Under the pieces are notes generated by a model. The model had not been told where the DNA came from and ran no database searches. It worked only from the letters and a program-made list of their open reading frames with translations. DNA of 64,000 nucleotides from Epithemia pelagica (Eukaryota; Protista; Bacillariophyta): positions 1,860,001-1,924,000 of the forward strand of contig OX337231.1 in the NCBI GenBank assembly GCA_946965045.2, written 5' to 3'. Position 1 is the first letter of the stretch. Every line of letters starts with the position of its first letter. Below are positions 43,101 through 53,539 of the stretch, in pieces. A program made the position numbers and the translations under genes.

Positions 43101-46100
43101 GTCGACTTTGACCCCTCCGCCTGGGCTGCGGTCATCGACATGGACGAGCTCGTTTGCGTCGAATGCAGCGACCAAGTCGAAACCGAAAACGAGACCGCGT
43201 CTCCTCCTCCCGCAAACGACGAAACCTCCTCCAACTCCATCCCTGACTCCTTCTGGGATGAGTTTTCCCCCACCGACAAAGAAGATGATGATGACGCCGT
43301 CTCCCTTTCCTCATCCTCCAAACCTCCAAGCACCAACTCATCCCCAAGTGAAGACGCTCCCCTGTGGATTGCTGCTGATGATTGTTTTGGTGATGGCTCC
43401 GACACCGTTGATTGTTACCTTGGTCTTGATGATGACTCCAGTGACGATGGCAAACCCTTCGCCAATGATGGAGACAAGAACGACAACGAACACCATGAAC
43501 ACACCTCTGTTGCCTCCTCCACACGTAGCATCCTCCTACCTCCAACTCCCGGCAACATTGACGCCCTGGACATCGACATGTCCACTTTGTCCCTGTCCAC
43601 TGCTCCTCATGGCCGTTCTCCCCGTCGTACCCACCAAGCAAACACCACCAACGATTCATCCGTCACCTCCGTCCCCACTCGCGTGGACCATACCCCCACG
43701 TCGACAGACCACCGACGTGAAGCCAACTTCGAAGCTGCCTTCCGTCACATCCCCACTACACCGCACCCCACCGCGTCGTACAACCGTCCCTTCGTTCCCT
43801 TTAGTCGTCCCTTCGGCCATCCATCGGCCATGACTTTAGAATTCGACTATGGCAGTCTTCCACTGGAATGCATCAACTTTCCATTCCTAGGGGAAGACAT
43901 CGCCTCCATTGACCCCGCAGACGTCGTCCCCCCTGACCACCATCATGCTGACACCTCCTCCTCCTTCGACGAATACACCGTCGCCAGCGGTGTCAGCTCC
44001 GCCACGGCCACTACGGCCAACGAAACCGCCGTCACGACCGCCACCGAAGTGTCGTTGCCCGTCCCCTCTCCCTCGGCCATGATCATCTCCCCTCCTCCGG
44101 CCGATGACAACAACGTCGATGGAGATGACGACGATGTTGATGGCAACAACGACGACGATGGCAATGATGAAGATGACGACGACACCATCGACGATGACGA
44201 CTCCCATGGTCCTCCTCCCGACGACGACCACAACCCAAACCACGATGCCGATCGTGATGATGACTCCAATGGTGCACCAACCTCCCAGACCACCACCGAT
44301 ACTCCATCTGATGCTGCTGTTACCAGCAACAACAGTGGGGAACCAACCGAATCTTCGCATCCACCTTCGAATGACGACGACTCATCCTACGATCTTTTGG
44401 CTTCTGACACCGACGAAGCCACTTGTTCTACACCAGCCAAAAATTTGGATTCATCTACTGTATCTGTTATAAGTAGTATTAGTGTGACCACCGACTCTGC
44501 TGACATCAGTACTCCCCAAGACCGAACCCCCCTACGTGCGCCACTGGCCCGCCCTCCAACTCCGTTCAACCGCCATCTTGACGCGTGGCGAACAGCTGTT
44601 GCAGCGCCAGCCGAGCCAACCACCCCTCGCACGAATGCCCTTGGTCTTTACTCGCCGGTCGAGCCCACTGCTGTGCCATCTTCACCTCCGCCTCACACGA
44701 CCCGTCCCCGTCGTACCTTCGACACCGACGATCCTGCAGTCCGCATCCAATGCATGGAACGAGCCGTCGCCCGACTCATCCACGTGCACACGGCCATCAA
44801 CAAGGAAGAAGACCTTTCCCAGCTCTCTCCTCTCCGAGCCCAACTCGAGCAAGCCCGAACAAGTGTCCGCTTCCATCTCGAGACTCTCCGCCATGATGAA
44901 TCCGTCCCCAACTCCAGGCTCGGTGCCCTCGATCCTCCTTTGAGCATCCAGTACACCTTCGCTTGGGAAATGGCCACCAATCCCCACTACACGGCCACCC
45001 AAATGCAGTGTGAAAACACGTGCATCCCTGATCCACCCCCGAGCAAACGCATTAAGTTCGAACCTCATGCCAACTTCGCATGTGTTCGACCAACCACCCA
45101 ACCAAACAAACAACCACCGTCGAGGCGTCCCCCTGTCTCCCGACCACGATATCCTCGGAATCGGCACCAAGATCCCTTGGCCTCCCAATTCAGTTTGATT
45201 GTTTCGTTTTCTGCTCTTATCGTGGCCTCCCTTTCATGGCTCCAACCAACCGTCTTTTTCCACCATCTGTGGTACTATGGCTGCTGTATTCCCTTGACCC
45301 TCTCGTGGATTGGTGAATTTCTCCTCACACATCGGCTCCTTCCCCGCTCCAACCACCATCTCCGTCCTCGCCGGCACCCTTGGGCACACCCAATGATGAG
45401 CCATGCTTCATCACGTGCATGCTCTTCTCTGGCCGAATGGTTTGTTGCGTCGTTTCGTACATGGTGGATCCACCACTGCCCCAACCTCTGCTCCACACCA
45501 GAGGGAGAGAGTCCACCAAACAATGGTGCTCCACAGAGGGCACGCCATCCAAACCGTTCCAATCGACACCGACGACGCCAACGACGAGGCAACCAGCAGC
45601 GCACCCATGGACCATCCCACCAAGACTCCATCTCCGAACCTCAACTTTGCGCCCTCATTAACCAACTCGGAGAAAGTGAAGCCTTGAAAATGGCCCTCCA
45701 AGCTCCAGCCAAATTCAGATCCGCCATGGAAAACCAAAACTCATCCAGTTTCCCCATCATCTGGGACTCTGGAGCGAGTATTGCTGTGTCAAACACCAAG
45801 TCCGATTTTGTTGGATCGATCCGAAAAGTACGACCAGACCTGCAACTCAAAGGTGTTGCCCAAGGCGTCCCAATCAACGGACTCGGCACCGTCCACTGGT
45901 CCGTCATGGACACCAGAGGCAATCTCCGCACCCTCAAACTCTTGGCTTTGTTCATCCCATCGGCCAATTGTAGATTGTTGAGCACAACACATCTCCTCCA
46001 ACAATACCCCGGAGAAACCATCACCCTTCAAGACTGCGGATTGACTCTCAGCGGGATACAAGACGACTCTACTCGGACCCCGGTCTTTGCAACCATCAAT

Positions 46101-49100
46101 CCGACCAACAACCTTCCCACCTGCTATGGCTATGGAAAAGATGGAATCCACCGATCCATCCGAGCACTCGTGACCACTGTCACCGTCGTCCACGAACGAA
46201 ACTTGAACCTGACCGAACCACAGAAGGAATGGCTTCGGTGGCACCAACGACTTTGCCACATGAACTTTCGCACCATCCAATTCCTTTTTAAATCCGGTGT
46301 ATTGTCACGTTCTGCGTCAAACCGTCAGTTGCACACAGCCATCTGCAAACTACGGAGTCCGCCCATGTGTGCCGCCTGTCAATACGGCAAGCAACGACAA
46401 CGGTCAACACCAGGACAAACAGTCACCAAAGTTCTCGACCGTGACGGTGCCCTCAAAAACAACGACCTGTTTCCGGGCCAAAGTGTGTCGGTGGACCACT
46501 TTATTTGCTCCACGAAAGGTAGATTGTTTACGTCGAAAGGAAAGACAAAAGATGAGAAAATGTTTTGCGGAGGATGCATCTTTGTTGATCACGCCAGCGG
46601 CCACATCGATGTGGTCTTTCAGGCGCATCTCAACACTCACGAGACTTTGAATGCCAAACTCACCTTCGAGCAACGTTGCAAGGATGTGGGTGTCGTTCCC
46701 CAACGATACCACACTGACAACGGCAGCTGTTTCACTGCACAAGACTACACCAGGCAACTCGAAACCTTTGCCCAGATTCGGTCCTACGCTGGAGTAGGCG
46801 CCCATCACCAGAATGGCGTCGCCGAACGAGCCATCCAAACCATCATGTCGATGGCTCGGACGATGATGCTCCACGCCAGCATCCACTGGCCTGAGACAGC
46901 GGATCCCACCCTCTGGCCCATGGCGGTCTCCCACGCCGTCTTTGTCTTCAACCACGTTCCCAATCCGTCCACTGGCGTCTCACCCCACGATATCTTTTCA
47001 AGAACGAGATGGCCACAAAAACGGCTACACGATCTTCATGTCTGGGGAGCACCCGTGTACGTCCTGGAAAAACGGATTGCAGACGGTAAGAAACTGCCAA
47101 GATGGAAACCAAGATCACAACGAGGGATGAACATGGGACTTTCTCCCAACCATGCCACCACAGCACCACTCGTTTTGAATCTTTCCACGGGCGCCATCAC
47201 ACCGCAGTACCATGTCGTCTTCGACGATTGGTTTGCAACGGTGCCGACTCCAGCCGACAACAACAACACAGAAGACATCTCCAGACTCGACAGTGTCTTT
47301 GGCGACATGACCAATCATCTGCACTCACCGGGGTACGACAACGATGACTGTGTGGACGACGCTGTCACCAGTGCACCACTTGCTGCTGTCAACCATCGTT
47401 CTGAAGACAATATCTTTACGTCTATGGAACGAACTGTTCCGTCTGTCCCTCTTTCTGTTGACACGCCAGCCGTCTCTGTCCCCAGAACTCCCCCAGCCAC
47501 TCCCACCCCCCAGCCCTCCACGACTGCTTTGTCTCGTCTTGCCCCGTCGGTTAGTGCCCCACTCTCTTCTCCGCCTCCCGTGCCACCTCCGAACACGCCA
47601 GTGCGCGATGTCCCTCCGCGCGCGGCGACACCTCCAAGGCCCCAACCTGCCGTTTCCTTCTCGGAACCGCTCGTTTTGCCTTCCCCGTCGTCTCCTGTCC
47701 CCGTGCACTCGGAACAGAGGGAGAATCCAGCACCACTGTCGCCTCTCCGTGTGGCACCAGCCTCCAATCCCTCTTCTCCTCAGAGGGAGTCTCTTTCTTC
47801 GAGACAGCCCTCCTCTCAGAGGGAGCCGCCTTCTCAGAGGGAGACACCAAGCGATCCTCCTTCCGACGCACCATCTGCTCGACGATCCAACCGTGTCCGT
47901 CGTTCACCAAGTCGTCTCATCGAGAATATGGACGCCGCCCAACAATCCTATGTCGCCAATCAAGCCGAATTCGATGACATCAGTGGATTCAAGGTTGCCA
48001 TTTCAGATCCAGACACTCTGTCCTACGAACAAGCAAGACAAGACAAGGATATCGACCATTGGAGAGAGGCGGCTAGAATAGAAATTGAAGAATTAACTAG
48101 CAAGGGAACATGGAGTGAGGTTCCAGAGGAAGAAGCAACATCAAGAATCATCCCTGGCACCTGGGTCTTCAAGCGCAAACGCCACCCAGACGGAACCATC
48201 AAGAAATACAAGGCCAGATATTGTGTTCGCGGCGATCTTCAAGAAGGTGATTTCGACACCTACTCACCCGTCGTCAACTGGGCCTCGATTCGTATCGCCT
48301 TGGTACTTGCCCTGGCTCGCAATTGGGCAATGGTCTGCATCGATTTCAACAATGCCTTCGTTCAGGCCGAGTTGAAAGATCCTGTCTGGATCCATATCCC
48401 GCGCGGTTTCTCCTCCACCAAGACCACCAAAACCTGTCTCCGACTTCACAAGAGCCTTTATGGACTCTCGGTTGCACCTCGGTTGTGGTACCAACGTCTC
48501 AGGCACGCCTTGCTCGACGATGGCTTCACCCAGAGCAAGTTCGACGAATGTGTTTTCCTCAAGGAAAACATGATGGTGTTTCTCTGGGTGGATGATTGTG
48601 GCATTATTGCTCCGACGATGGACGCAATCAACGAATTTGTGAAACGACTCAAGGCTCGGGGATTCGAGCTCTCCGTGGACAGTGATTTTGCTGAGTACTT
48701 GGGCATCCATTTCACCCGGAAAGATGGAACAATTACAATGACCCAACCAGGGCTCATTAAGAAGATCGTTGAGGCCACAGGCATGACAAATTGCAATGGC
48801 AACTTTGTGCCAGCCTCCCAAGTGTGCCTTGGCAGTGACCCTGATGGACCACCGATGAAAGAAAAATGGAACTACCGTTCCATCGTCGGCATGCTCCTTT
48901 ACCTTTCCACCAACACACGGCCAGATATCAGTTTTGCCGTCTCCCAAGTCGCTCGCTTTTCAACCAACCCGAAACAATCCCATGCTCAAGCCATCAAAAT
49001 GATTGTCCGATACCTCTGGAGAACTGTAGATTGCGGGACAATTTTTCGGCCAACAACCGCCTTCAAGGTTGATTGCTATGTGGATGCGGATTTCATGGGC

Positions 49101-50499
49101 CTCCATGGCCGTGAATCCGAGGACGAATCGATCAGTGCCAAATCACGCACTGGATACATCATCCATTTTGGCGGCTGTCCCTTGGTTTGGAAATCTCAAC
49201 TCCAAAGTGAGATTGCCACCAGTACCTTCCACGCCGAATACGTCGCGCTTTCGCAAAGCATGCGTGTTGTTGTGTGGCTCCAAGACATCTTGTTCGAGAT
49301 CAACCACCACCTTGACCTCGGCACCGACTCCCCAACCATCTTCGCTGAAGTCCATGAGGACAACAACAGCGCGTATCTTCTTGCCAACAACCAGCGTCTC
49401 TCGTCCCGCTCCAGGTCTCTCAACAACAAGTACCACTGGTTTTGGGAAGCTGTGAAAGGGACGAATGCAACAGTTAGAATCTCCAAGATCGAAACAACGA
49501 TGCAACGAGCGGACTATCTTACCAAAGGACTCTGCCGTGATGTTTTTGAGAGGATTCGGAAACTGAATCAAGGTTGGTGATTGACTGTGTTTGAAAAGAT
49601 ATCGCCCTTGTCAAGAGGGAGAGTCGCGGTTAATCAGTGTGACGGACAGGCGATATGGCAGTCACGATTTGAATCTGTGAGACATAGAATCGTGTCCCCA
49701 CTATGTATCCAAGAGCAATGCCTTACTACCAGAGAAGGCATTGCCCGTCGCATAGTAACCAAGCTCTAGCCATTGGCATCAATGGTTCCAAACTAACCTC
49801 CATGAGTAAATGAGGAATTGATTCCTCGTGAGGAATCAAATGAGGAATCGAATGTAGTTCCTAAACCTAGAGCTCACAGTATCAACAAACAGAAAGTTGT
49901 GAAACAACTTCTCTAGTGTATTGTCGTGGAGACTTGATCACCTCCACGCCAATATAGGTACTGCCCCTAGCTACTACAGAGTATCCTGTGTACTTTGACT
50001 AGACGAGATCTGGCAATTGCAAGAAAGGTACAGGACAGAAACATCTCACTTACCGGCATAAGACATGAATCCAACATCAAACTCAATGGGCGGATCAAGT
50101 TGGGGGTCATCTTCGATAGATTCATCCATGAGTGCACGTAATTCTGGGTCTGTCGAGCTTTCGACACGTCCATGAGATAATTTCATGTCCAATTCATATG
50201 GTGGGGGAAAGAAATGAGCTGTAACTTACTAGGTGATTCCGAATTGTACGAGGAAGTTCGGAACTGCTCTAAAGAAGTGAGATCCATCGAAGAAACCCTT
50301 TCGTTTCATCAGGAAGAAAAACATGATGAGGAGATGAAGTCATTGAAAACCAGCAGAGAAACGAAGACAAGGAAATGCTCACCTTTTCATACAGCTCGAC
50401 CGCACGATCATAACCAATCGGACTCCACTCACGGAAAAACCTCATGGTGAAGGGTCCTTTCGTCGTGTCGCATTGTATTAACGCTTGTTCTGTCTCCAT
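40179..50499 (-). CDS. Cyclophilin-type peptidyl-prolyl isomerase with C-terminal membrane anchor; 6 exons, Copia element in intron 3
   Basis: Exons about 50499-50383, 50297-50230, 50157-50054, 40892-40847, then two more ending at 40179; spliced product reads CDTTKG, GFFDGSHFFRAVPNFLVQFG, DDP, YAGSGQNSRTSQMFI, PWETPFG; start uncertain. Confidence 0.85.
40937..41315 (+). repeat. 5' LTR (AGTC...GACT)
   Basis: Identical by eye to 49622-50000. Confidence 0.95.
41316..41328 (+). promoter_or_regulatory. Putative primer-binding site (GGTTATTACGCCC)
   Basis: Directly after the LTR; resembles the half-tRNA-iMet PBS GGTTATGGGCCC of Drosophila copia. Confidence 0.55.
41490..49580 (+). CDS. Copia gag-pol polyprotein (2696 aa; first ATG 41598)
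   Basis: CCHC knuckle CLICGAPDHWAKDC; protease WDSGAS; WHQRLCH and CAAC; integrase VSVDH, HTDNG, NGVAER; RT WVDD; RNase H YVDADF, AEY, EDN. Confidence 0.96.
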   Translation: MLPIEEEIQFLSDSEEETTSDPSAEPSADDFSTQGTMPPTAPPAPAPTERVPFKPPSPRMGGLVQLDEYKWAAWTGGKPLANWKGLDPAAFNGTTPFPRTPHQRRFGKDITGFETRCGGLSNRFRQGDNLHKFMKRLDETLILRGMDTIAYMPDPADNTRMRHIVKEHTRFTLRHVQQNAAAHCQQFDTYDAENDTAARLCLLESVDLKLRQRIETKTSSNDSFCLTWMTFISILQSDSVTKYDKLAAKIASRTPFMYAGQNITEMAADMKADCEDLFASGFYKQTLTLGILEAFSLANGDSLYNLGLLSLQPLIQAKILEVRYKSDQDQQADLEAAELSFKDICDKADSLYSDAINRGSWPPSSNNKDTKVPPEVFGKLTEVQAMALRQHMGGAFTKGACLICGAPDHWAKDCPQRSSKQNSGQNSNRRSNSQSNSQQRSNRGGRDGRGNQGGRNARNNNHRSNNSSSSTNWKKIAPTGDQPTQQQSDGKTYNWCGICERWTPTHTTDTHNGPVPNRRRNNNNNRNNRQAQAHTLAVDFDPSAWAAVIDMDELVCVECSDQVETENETASPPPANDETSSNSIPDSFWDEFSPTDKEDDDDAVSLSSSSKPPSTNSSPSEDAPLWIAADDCFGDGSDTVDCYLGLDDDSSDDGKPFANDGDKNDNEHHEHTSVASSTRSILLPPTPGNIDALDIDMSTLSLSTAPHGRSPRRTHQANTTNDSSVTSVPTRVDHTPTSTDHRREANFEAAFRHIPTTPHPTASYNRPFVPFSRPFGHPSAMTLEFDYGSLPLECINFPFLGEDIASIDPADVVPPDHHHADTSSSFDEYTVASGVSSATATTANETAVTTATEVSLPVPSPSAMIISPPPADDNNVDGDDDDVDGNNDDDGNDEDDDDTIDDDDSHGPPPDDDHNPNHDADRDDDSNGAPTSQTTTDTPSDAAVTSNNSGEPTESSHPPSNDDDSSYDLLASDTDEATCSTPAKNLDSSTVSVISSISVTTDSADISTPQDRTPLRAPLARPPTPFNRHLDAWRTAVAAPAEPTTPRTNALGLYSPVEPTAVPSSPPPHTTRPRRTFDTDDPAVRIQCMERAVARLIHVHTAINKEEDLSQLSPLRAQLEQARTSVRFHLETLRHDESVPNSRLGALDPPLSIQYTFAWEMATNPHYTATQMQCENTCIPDPPPSKRIKFEPHANFACVRPTTQPNKQPPSRRPPVSRPRYPRNRHQDPLASQFSLIVSFSALIVASLSWLQPTVFFHHLWYYGCCIPLTLSWIGEFLLTHRLLPRSNHHLRPRRHPWAHPMMSHASSRACSSLAEWFVASFRTWWIHHCPNLCSTPEGESPPNNGAPQRARHPNRSNRHRRRQRRGNQQRTHGPSHQDSISEPQLCALINQLGESEALKMALQAPAKFRSAMENQNSSSFPIIWDSGASIAVSNTKSDFVGSIRKVRPDLQLKGVAQGVPINGLGTVHWSVMDTRGNLRTLKLLALFIPSANCRLLSTTHLLQQYPGETITLQDCGLTLSGIQDDSTRTPVFATINPTNNLPTCYGYGKDGIHRSIRALVTTVTVVHERNLNLTEPQKEWLRWHQRLCHMNFRTIQFLFKSGVLSRSASNRQLHTAICKLRSPPMCAACQYGKQRQRSTPGQTVTKVLDRDGALKNNDLFPGQSVSVDHFICSTKGRLFTSKGKTKDEKMFCGGCIFVDHASGHIDVVFQAHLNTHETLNAKLTFEQRCKDVGVVPQRYHTDNGSCFTAQDYTRQLETFAQIRSYAGVGAHHQNGVAERAIQTIMSMARTMMLHASIHWPETADPTLWPMAVSHAVFVFNHVPNPSTGVSPHDIFSRTRWPQKRLHDLHVWGAPVYVLEKRIADGKKLPRWKPRSQRGMNMGLSPNHATTAPLVLNLSTGAITPQYHVVFDDWFATVPTPADNNNTEDISRLDSVFGDMTNHLHSPGYDNDDCVDDAVTSAPLAAVNHRSEDNIFTSMERTVPSVPLSVDTPAVSVPRTPPATPTPQPSTTALSRLAPSVSAPLSSPPPVPPPNTPVRDVPPRAATPPRPQPAVSFSEPLVLPSPSSPVPVHSEQRENPAPLSPLRVAPASNPSSPQRESLSSRQPSSQREPPSQRETPSDPPSDAPSARRSNRVRRSPSRLIENMDAAQQSYVANQAEFDDISGFKVAISDPDTLSYEQARQDKDIDHWREAARIEIEELTSKGTWSEVPEEEATSRIIPGTWVFKRKRHPDGTIKKYKARYCVRGDLQEGDFDTYSPVVNWASIRIALVLALARNWAMVCIDFNNAFVQAELKDPVWIHIPRGFSSTKTTKTCLRLHKSLYGLSVAPRLWYQRLRHALLDDGFTQSKFDECVFLKENMMVFLWVDDCGIIAPTMDAINEFVKRLKARGFELSVDSDFAEYLGIHFTRKDGTITMTQPGLIKKIVEATGMTNCNGNFVPASQVCLGSDPDGPPMKEKWNYRSIVGMLLYLSTNTRPDISFAVSQVARFSTNPKQSHAQAIKMIVRYLWRTVDCGTIFRPTTAFKVDCYVDADFMGLHGRESEDESISAKSRTGYIIHFGGCPLVWKSQLQSEIATSTFHAEYVALSQSMRVVVWLQDILFEINHHLDLGTDSPTIFAEVHEDNNSAYLLANNQRLSSRSRSLNNKYHWFWEAVKGTNATVRISKIETTMQRADYLTKGLCRDVFERIRKLNQGW
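49613..49621 (+). promoter_or_regulatory. Polypurine tract (AAGAGGGAG)
   Basis: Purine run immediately before the 3' LTR. Confidence 0.75.
49622..50000 (+). repeat. 3' LTR (AGTC...GACT)
   Basis: Identical by eye to 40937-41315. Confidence 0.95.
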
Positions 50500-50692
50500 G
50501 ATGACAGTCAGATGTTGATTCAAGAGAGTGTCGCGTTGTATGAGAACAAGATACTAATGTCTGGTCGCACTTTGTTTCGGCGGATGTCGGATCATGGGGT
50601 CGGATCGCAACTCACAACTCTACCATGCCTACTACCCGGATTATCTATGGGAGCGGGGTAGACGAATGTTTATGGACTATGGTTCAGGACAC

Positions 50693-52102
50693 CTAATAGC
50701 GTTGCTTGGCCTCGGCAATGCACTTCTTGCGCCAGGAAGCCATATCAACAGGATGAGATAGTTCGGAAGCTGACTCATCTTGCTTCCAAATCTTGATAGT
50801 TTTATCTGCTTCCCCCGAGATTAATCTTGTTCCAGTCAAATCAAAGGCCAACGCCATGATGGAGTTCTCCGCGGTCAAGCTTCCCGGTTGGACCGTCGCC
50901 GTACTTTGCTGAAAGGAGTACCCCGTTTCATAGTCCCAGAAATGCATGGTACCATCGTCTGCACCAGACACGAGTACACCATCGTCGTTGACTGCCATAG
51001 CATTGATGATTGATTTGTGGCCTTTCAAACTCTTGAGGAAACGCCCATCCTTTCCTTGCCATTTCTTCAAACAATCCGCTGCCCCTGAGACAAAGGTATG
51101 TTCAAAAGAAGGTTGTACGAGAGCACGAATTGACTTTTGGTGGTGTGTTAATGTGGTAAAGCACTTCCCGGCAGCAAGATCCCACATTTTTATTGTATTG
51201 TCGTGTGAACCAGTGATTACCTGTGGATTCGTAGATTTCGTCAACAAAGATGCGACGGTATGCTCATGGCCACTCAACACATGAATCGATGTTTTAGTCC
51301 GTATATCCCACACCCTTGCAACTGCATCACGTCCACCTGTTACAAGAACATCTAGCGTCGGATGGATTGCAAGACAAAACACCCCTGATAAATGTCCATG
51401 ATAATGACGAATAACCTGATTTGTTTCCAAATCCCAGCATCGCACTTGCTTATCCTCCGCACAAGAAAACAAGTAAGGATACTTGTCAGAAAACGCCAAT
51501 CCTCGTACTGGGGAGACATGTCCAGTCAGAGTTAATTTAAGGGCCTGATCAGCGCCAACGCTGGCTTTGGGAAAATCCCAGATTTTGATAGTACGGTCTG
51601 CAGATCCGGTTGCAAGATATTGGTTGTCCGGGGAGAAGGCAAGAGATCGGACCCACCCCAAATGACTTGAGAGAACTGTGGTCAATTTCCAAGGAGCATG
51701 CCACTTCGGTGTTGGAATATGCATCGCAGAGCCTTTTTCTGATAGAGAGCGAACCAAAATCCCTCCTGGAGCAACAGTTTTGTCCTCTTCAGGTTGGCGA
51801 GGATTCTTTTTTTCCCTCACCAACGAAAGACTATGAGCTGAAGATGGTTTGAGAGAATCATGCCCGGAAGAATCCCTGGTACTTTTTGATGTCACAAGAG
51901 AAAGAGATGATTTCTCGGTATGTTGCTTGTGCTCAGTCGTTGCATTATGGGATGACAGGGATGCCCCTTCGAGGAGTTTGCGTCTTCGATCTTTGGATTG
52001 AGTTCGTATTATGGGATCCGCAGGTGGCACGAAGACCGAGGATGGATCACCTGAATCAAAGAGATATCGAGATCTCTTCAATGATAGCTTTGTCGTTGAC
52101 AT
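50693..52102 (-). CDS. PLRG1: Pleiotropic regulator 1 / Prp46 WD40 splicing factor
   Basis: PKWHAPWKL...HLGWVRS, seven WD repeats including YHGHLSGV; ATG at 52102 chosen. Confidence 0.92.
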   Translation of the reverse strand: MSTTKLSLKRSRYLFDSGDPSSVFVPPADPIIRTQSKDRRRKLLEGASLSSHNATTEHKQHTEKSSLSLVTSKSTRDSSGHDSLKPSSAHSLSLVREKKNPRQPEEDKTVAPGGILVRSLSEKGSAMHIPTPKWHAPWKLTTVLSSHLGWVRSLAFSPDNQYLATGSADRTIKIWDFPKASVGADQALKLTLTGHVSPVRGLAFSDKYPYLFSCAEDKQVRCWDLETNQVIRHYHGHLSGVFCLAIHPTLDVLVTGGRDAVARVWDIRTKTSIHVLSGHEHTVASLLTKSTNPQVITGSHDNTIKMWDLAAGKCFTTLTHHQKSIRALVQPSFEHTFVSGAADCLKKWQGKDGRFLKSLKGHKSIINAMAVNDDGVLVSGADDGTMHFWDYETGYSFQQSTATVQPGSLTAENSIMALAFDLTGTRLISGEADKTIKIWKQDESASELSHPVDMASWRKKCIAEAKQRY

Positions 52103-52509
52103 GGAAGCAGTTGTCGGTTGTGTTTTCTCGTACTTCGTACTGGGGTATGGGGTAAGGGGTACAGGCAGCAGCAGCAGGTACATGGACAGATCTCTCGGGG
52201 GCAAGTGTTCTTGGCACAGGTTTGGGTGTTGTGCTGGGTCCGTTCCGGTCCGTCCGCCTGACCCCTTCTCACGCGCACGTCCAGATTCAACGCACGACGC
52301 CAGCCGACCTTTGGGGGTCTTGTTCGCAGTCCCTCAGAATACGCAACGCTCACAATTTCACTTCCTGTGTTTTTTTCGATTGCAACGGAAGACCTCATCC
52401 ATTCCCGGTGCAGTCCTATAGTCCTGCTCACAAATGGACACTGTATAAAGCACTGCCAAAGCAGGAGGGAAATCGAAACGGCATCTTAGACTGACGGGAG
52501 TTAGCCACC

Positions 52510-53539
52510 ATGTTCTGTTCCCAACAACTTGTAATAGCAACGGCAGCTCTTTGTGCTGTCATTGCAGCATCTTCTGACCCATTGAAAAACGGACAAGAGT
52601 CGCTACAACCGGCCGAAACGATCGATATCGAAACCTCAGGATTAGGTCCGGAACAAAAGGAGGATCAACAAGACAGAGACCTTTACAACTACGGCTACAG
52701 CAGTGGTGGGAAAAGAGGAAACGACTATTTCAGATATTTCTACCACAGTCCAGTCGCACCCCCAGGCCCATATTACCATGATGACTACTACCACGACGAC
52801 TACTACCACGACGACTACTATTATGATGATTATTTTTACGCCTACGCTAGAGGAGGCAAGAAAAGTGGAGGAGGAGGGAAGAAAGGAAAGAAAAAGGCCA
52901 AAGGAGGGAAACGAAAAAGCGATTACAGTGGCAAAAAAGGCTACCCCTATTACACAGCTCCCACTTATAGCCATCACTATTCTCCAGTGGCTGCTCCAGG
53001 GGTACATCCTTACGTTGAGTGCAGTGACTTGATTCCATGCCAATTTCCCGGCCGAGTTTGCGACAGTGGAACATGCGTCATTGAGGGCGCCTTGCGATTC
53101 ACCCTTCGATGGGAAGGGGATGGTAAGTTCGAAGACCAAAACGTGCCATGCGAAAAGGAAAAATTTTGCAGTGTTTCTTACTTTTTGTGTAGATGATCTC
53201 GACTTACATGTACGAACTCCGAATGAATTTACTATCGCCTTCGGGAATTCTCCTGATCCTGTCACCGGTGGTACCTTTGAGGATGACGCCCAAGGTTCTA
53301 GCCACAATCACAAATTCTATGTTGAAAGCGTTTTCTTCCCGTCGGTCAACGCAACTGACGGCTTGAATGGTACTTACACGTTGACTGCTACGCAGTTTAC
53401 AAAGGGGTACGCCGATGACTTCTTTAGTATCGCAGCGTACCTTAACGGTGTGCTTCGAACCGAGTTTTTTGGAGTGTTCCGAGGGAGACAGGGACATTCA
53501 TCTCAATCAGAACAGCGTTTCCAGTTCACGGTATTCTAG
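52510..53539 (+). CDS. Secreted Tyr/Asp/Gly/Lys-rich protein with Cys-rich segment and DUF2135/YfaP-like C-terminal domain; intron 53123-53192
   Basis: Signal peptide, RDL motif, YYHDD repeats, GGKK block, then LRFTLRWEG-DDLDLHVRTP...ESVFFP...GTY. Confidence 0.8.

Larger units (their letters stand above)
40937..50000 (+). mobile_element. Full-length Ty1/Copia (CoDi-like) LTR retrotransposon, 9064 bp, TSD AGACG
   Basis: Two 379-bp LTRs; AGACG at 40932-40936 and 50001-50005; single gag-pol ORF with PR-IN-RT-RH order. Confidence 0.97.

Noticed and set aside
41375-49571. Dozens of 60-380 aa overlapping ORFs inside the Copia element
   Set aside because: By-products of GC-rich low-complexity coding sequence; none has recognisable motifs
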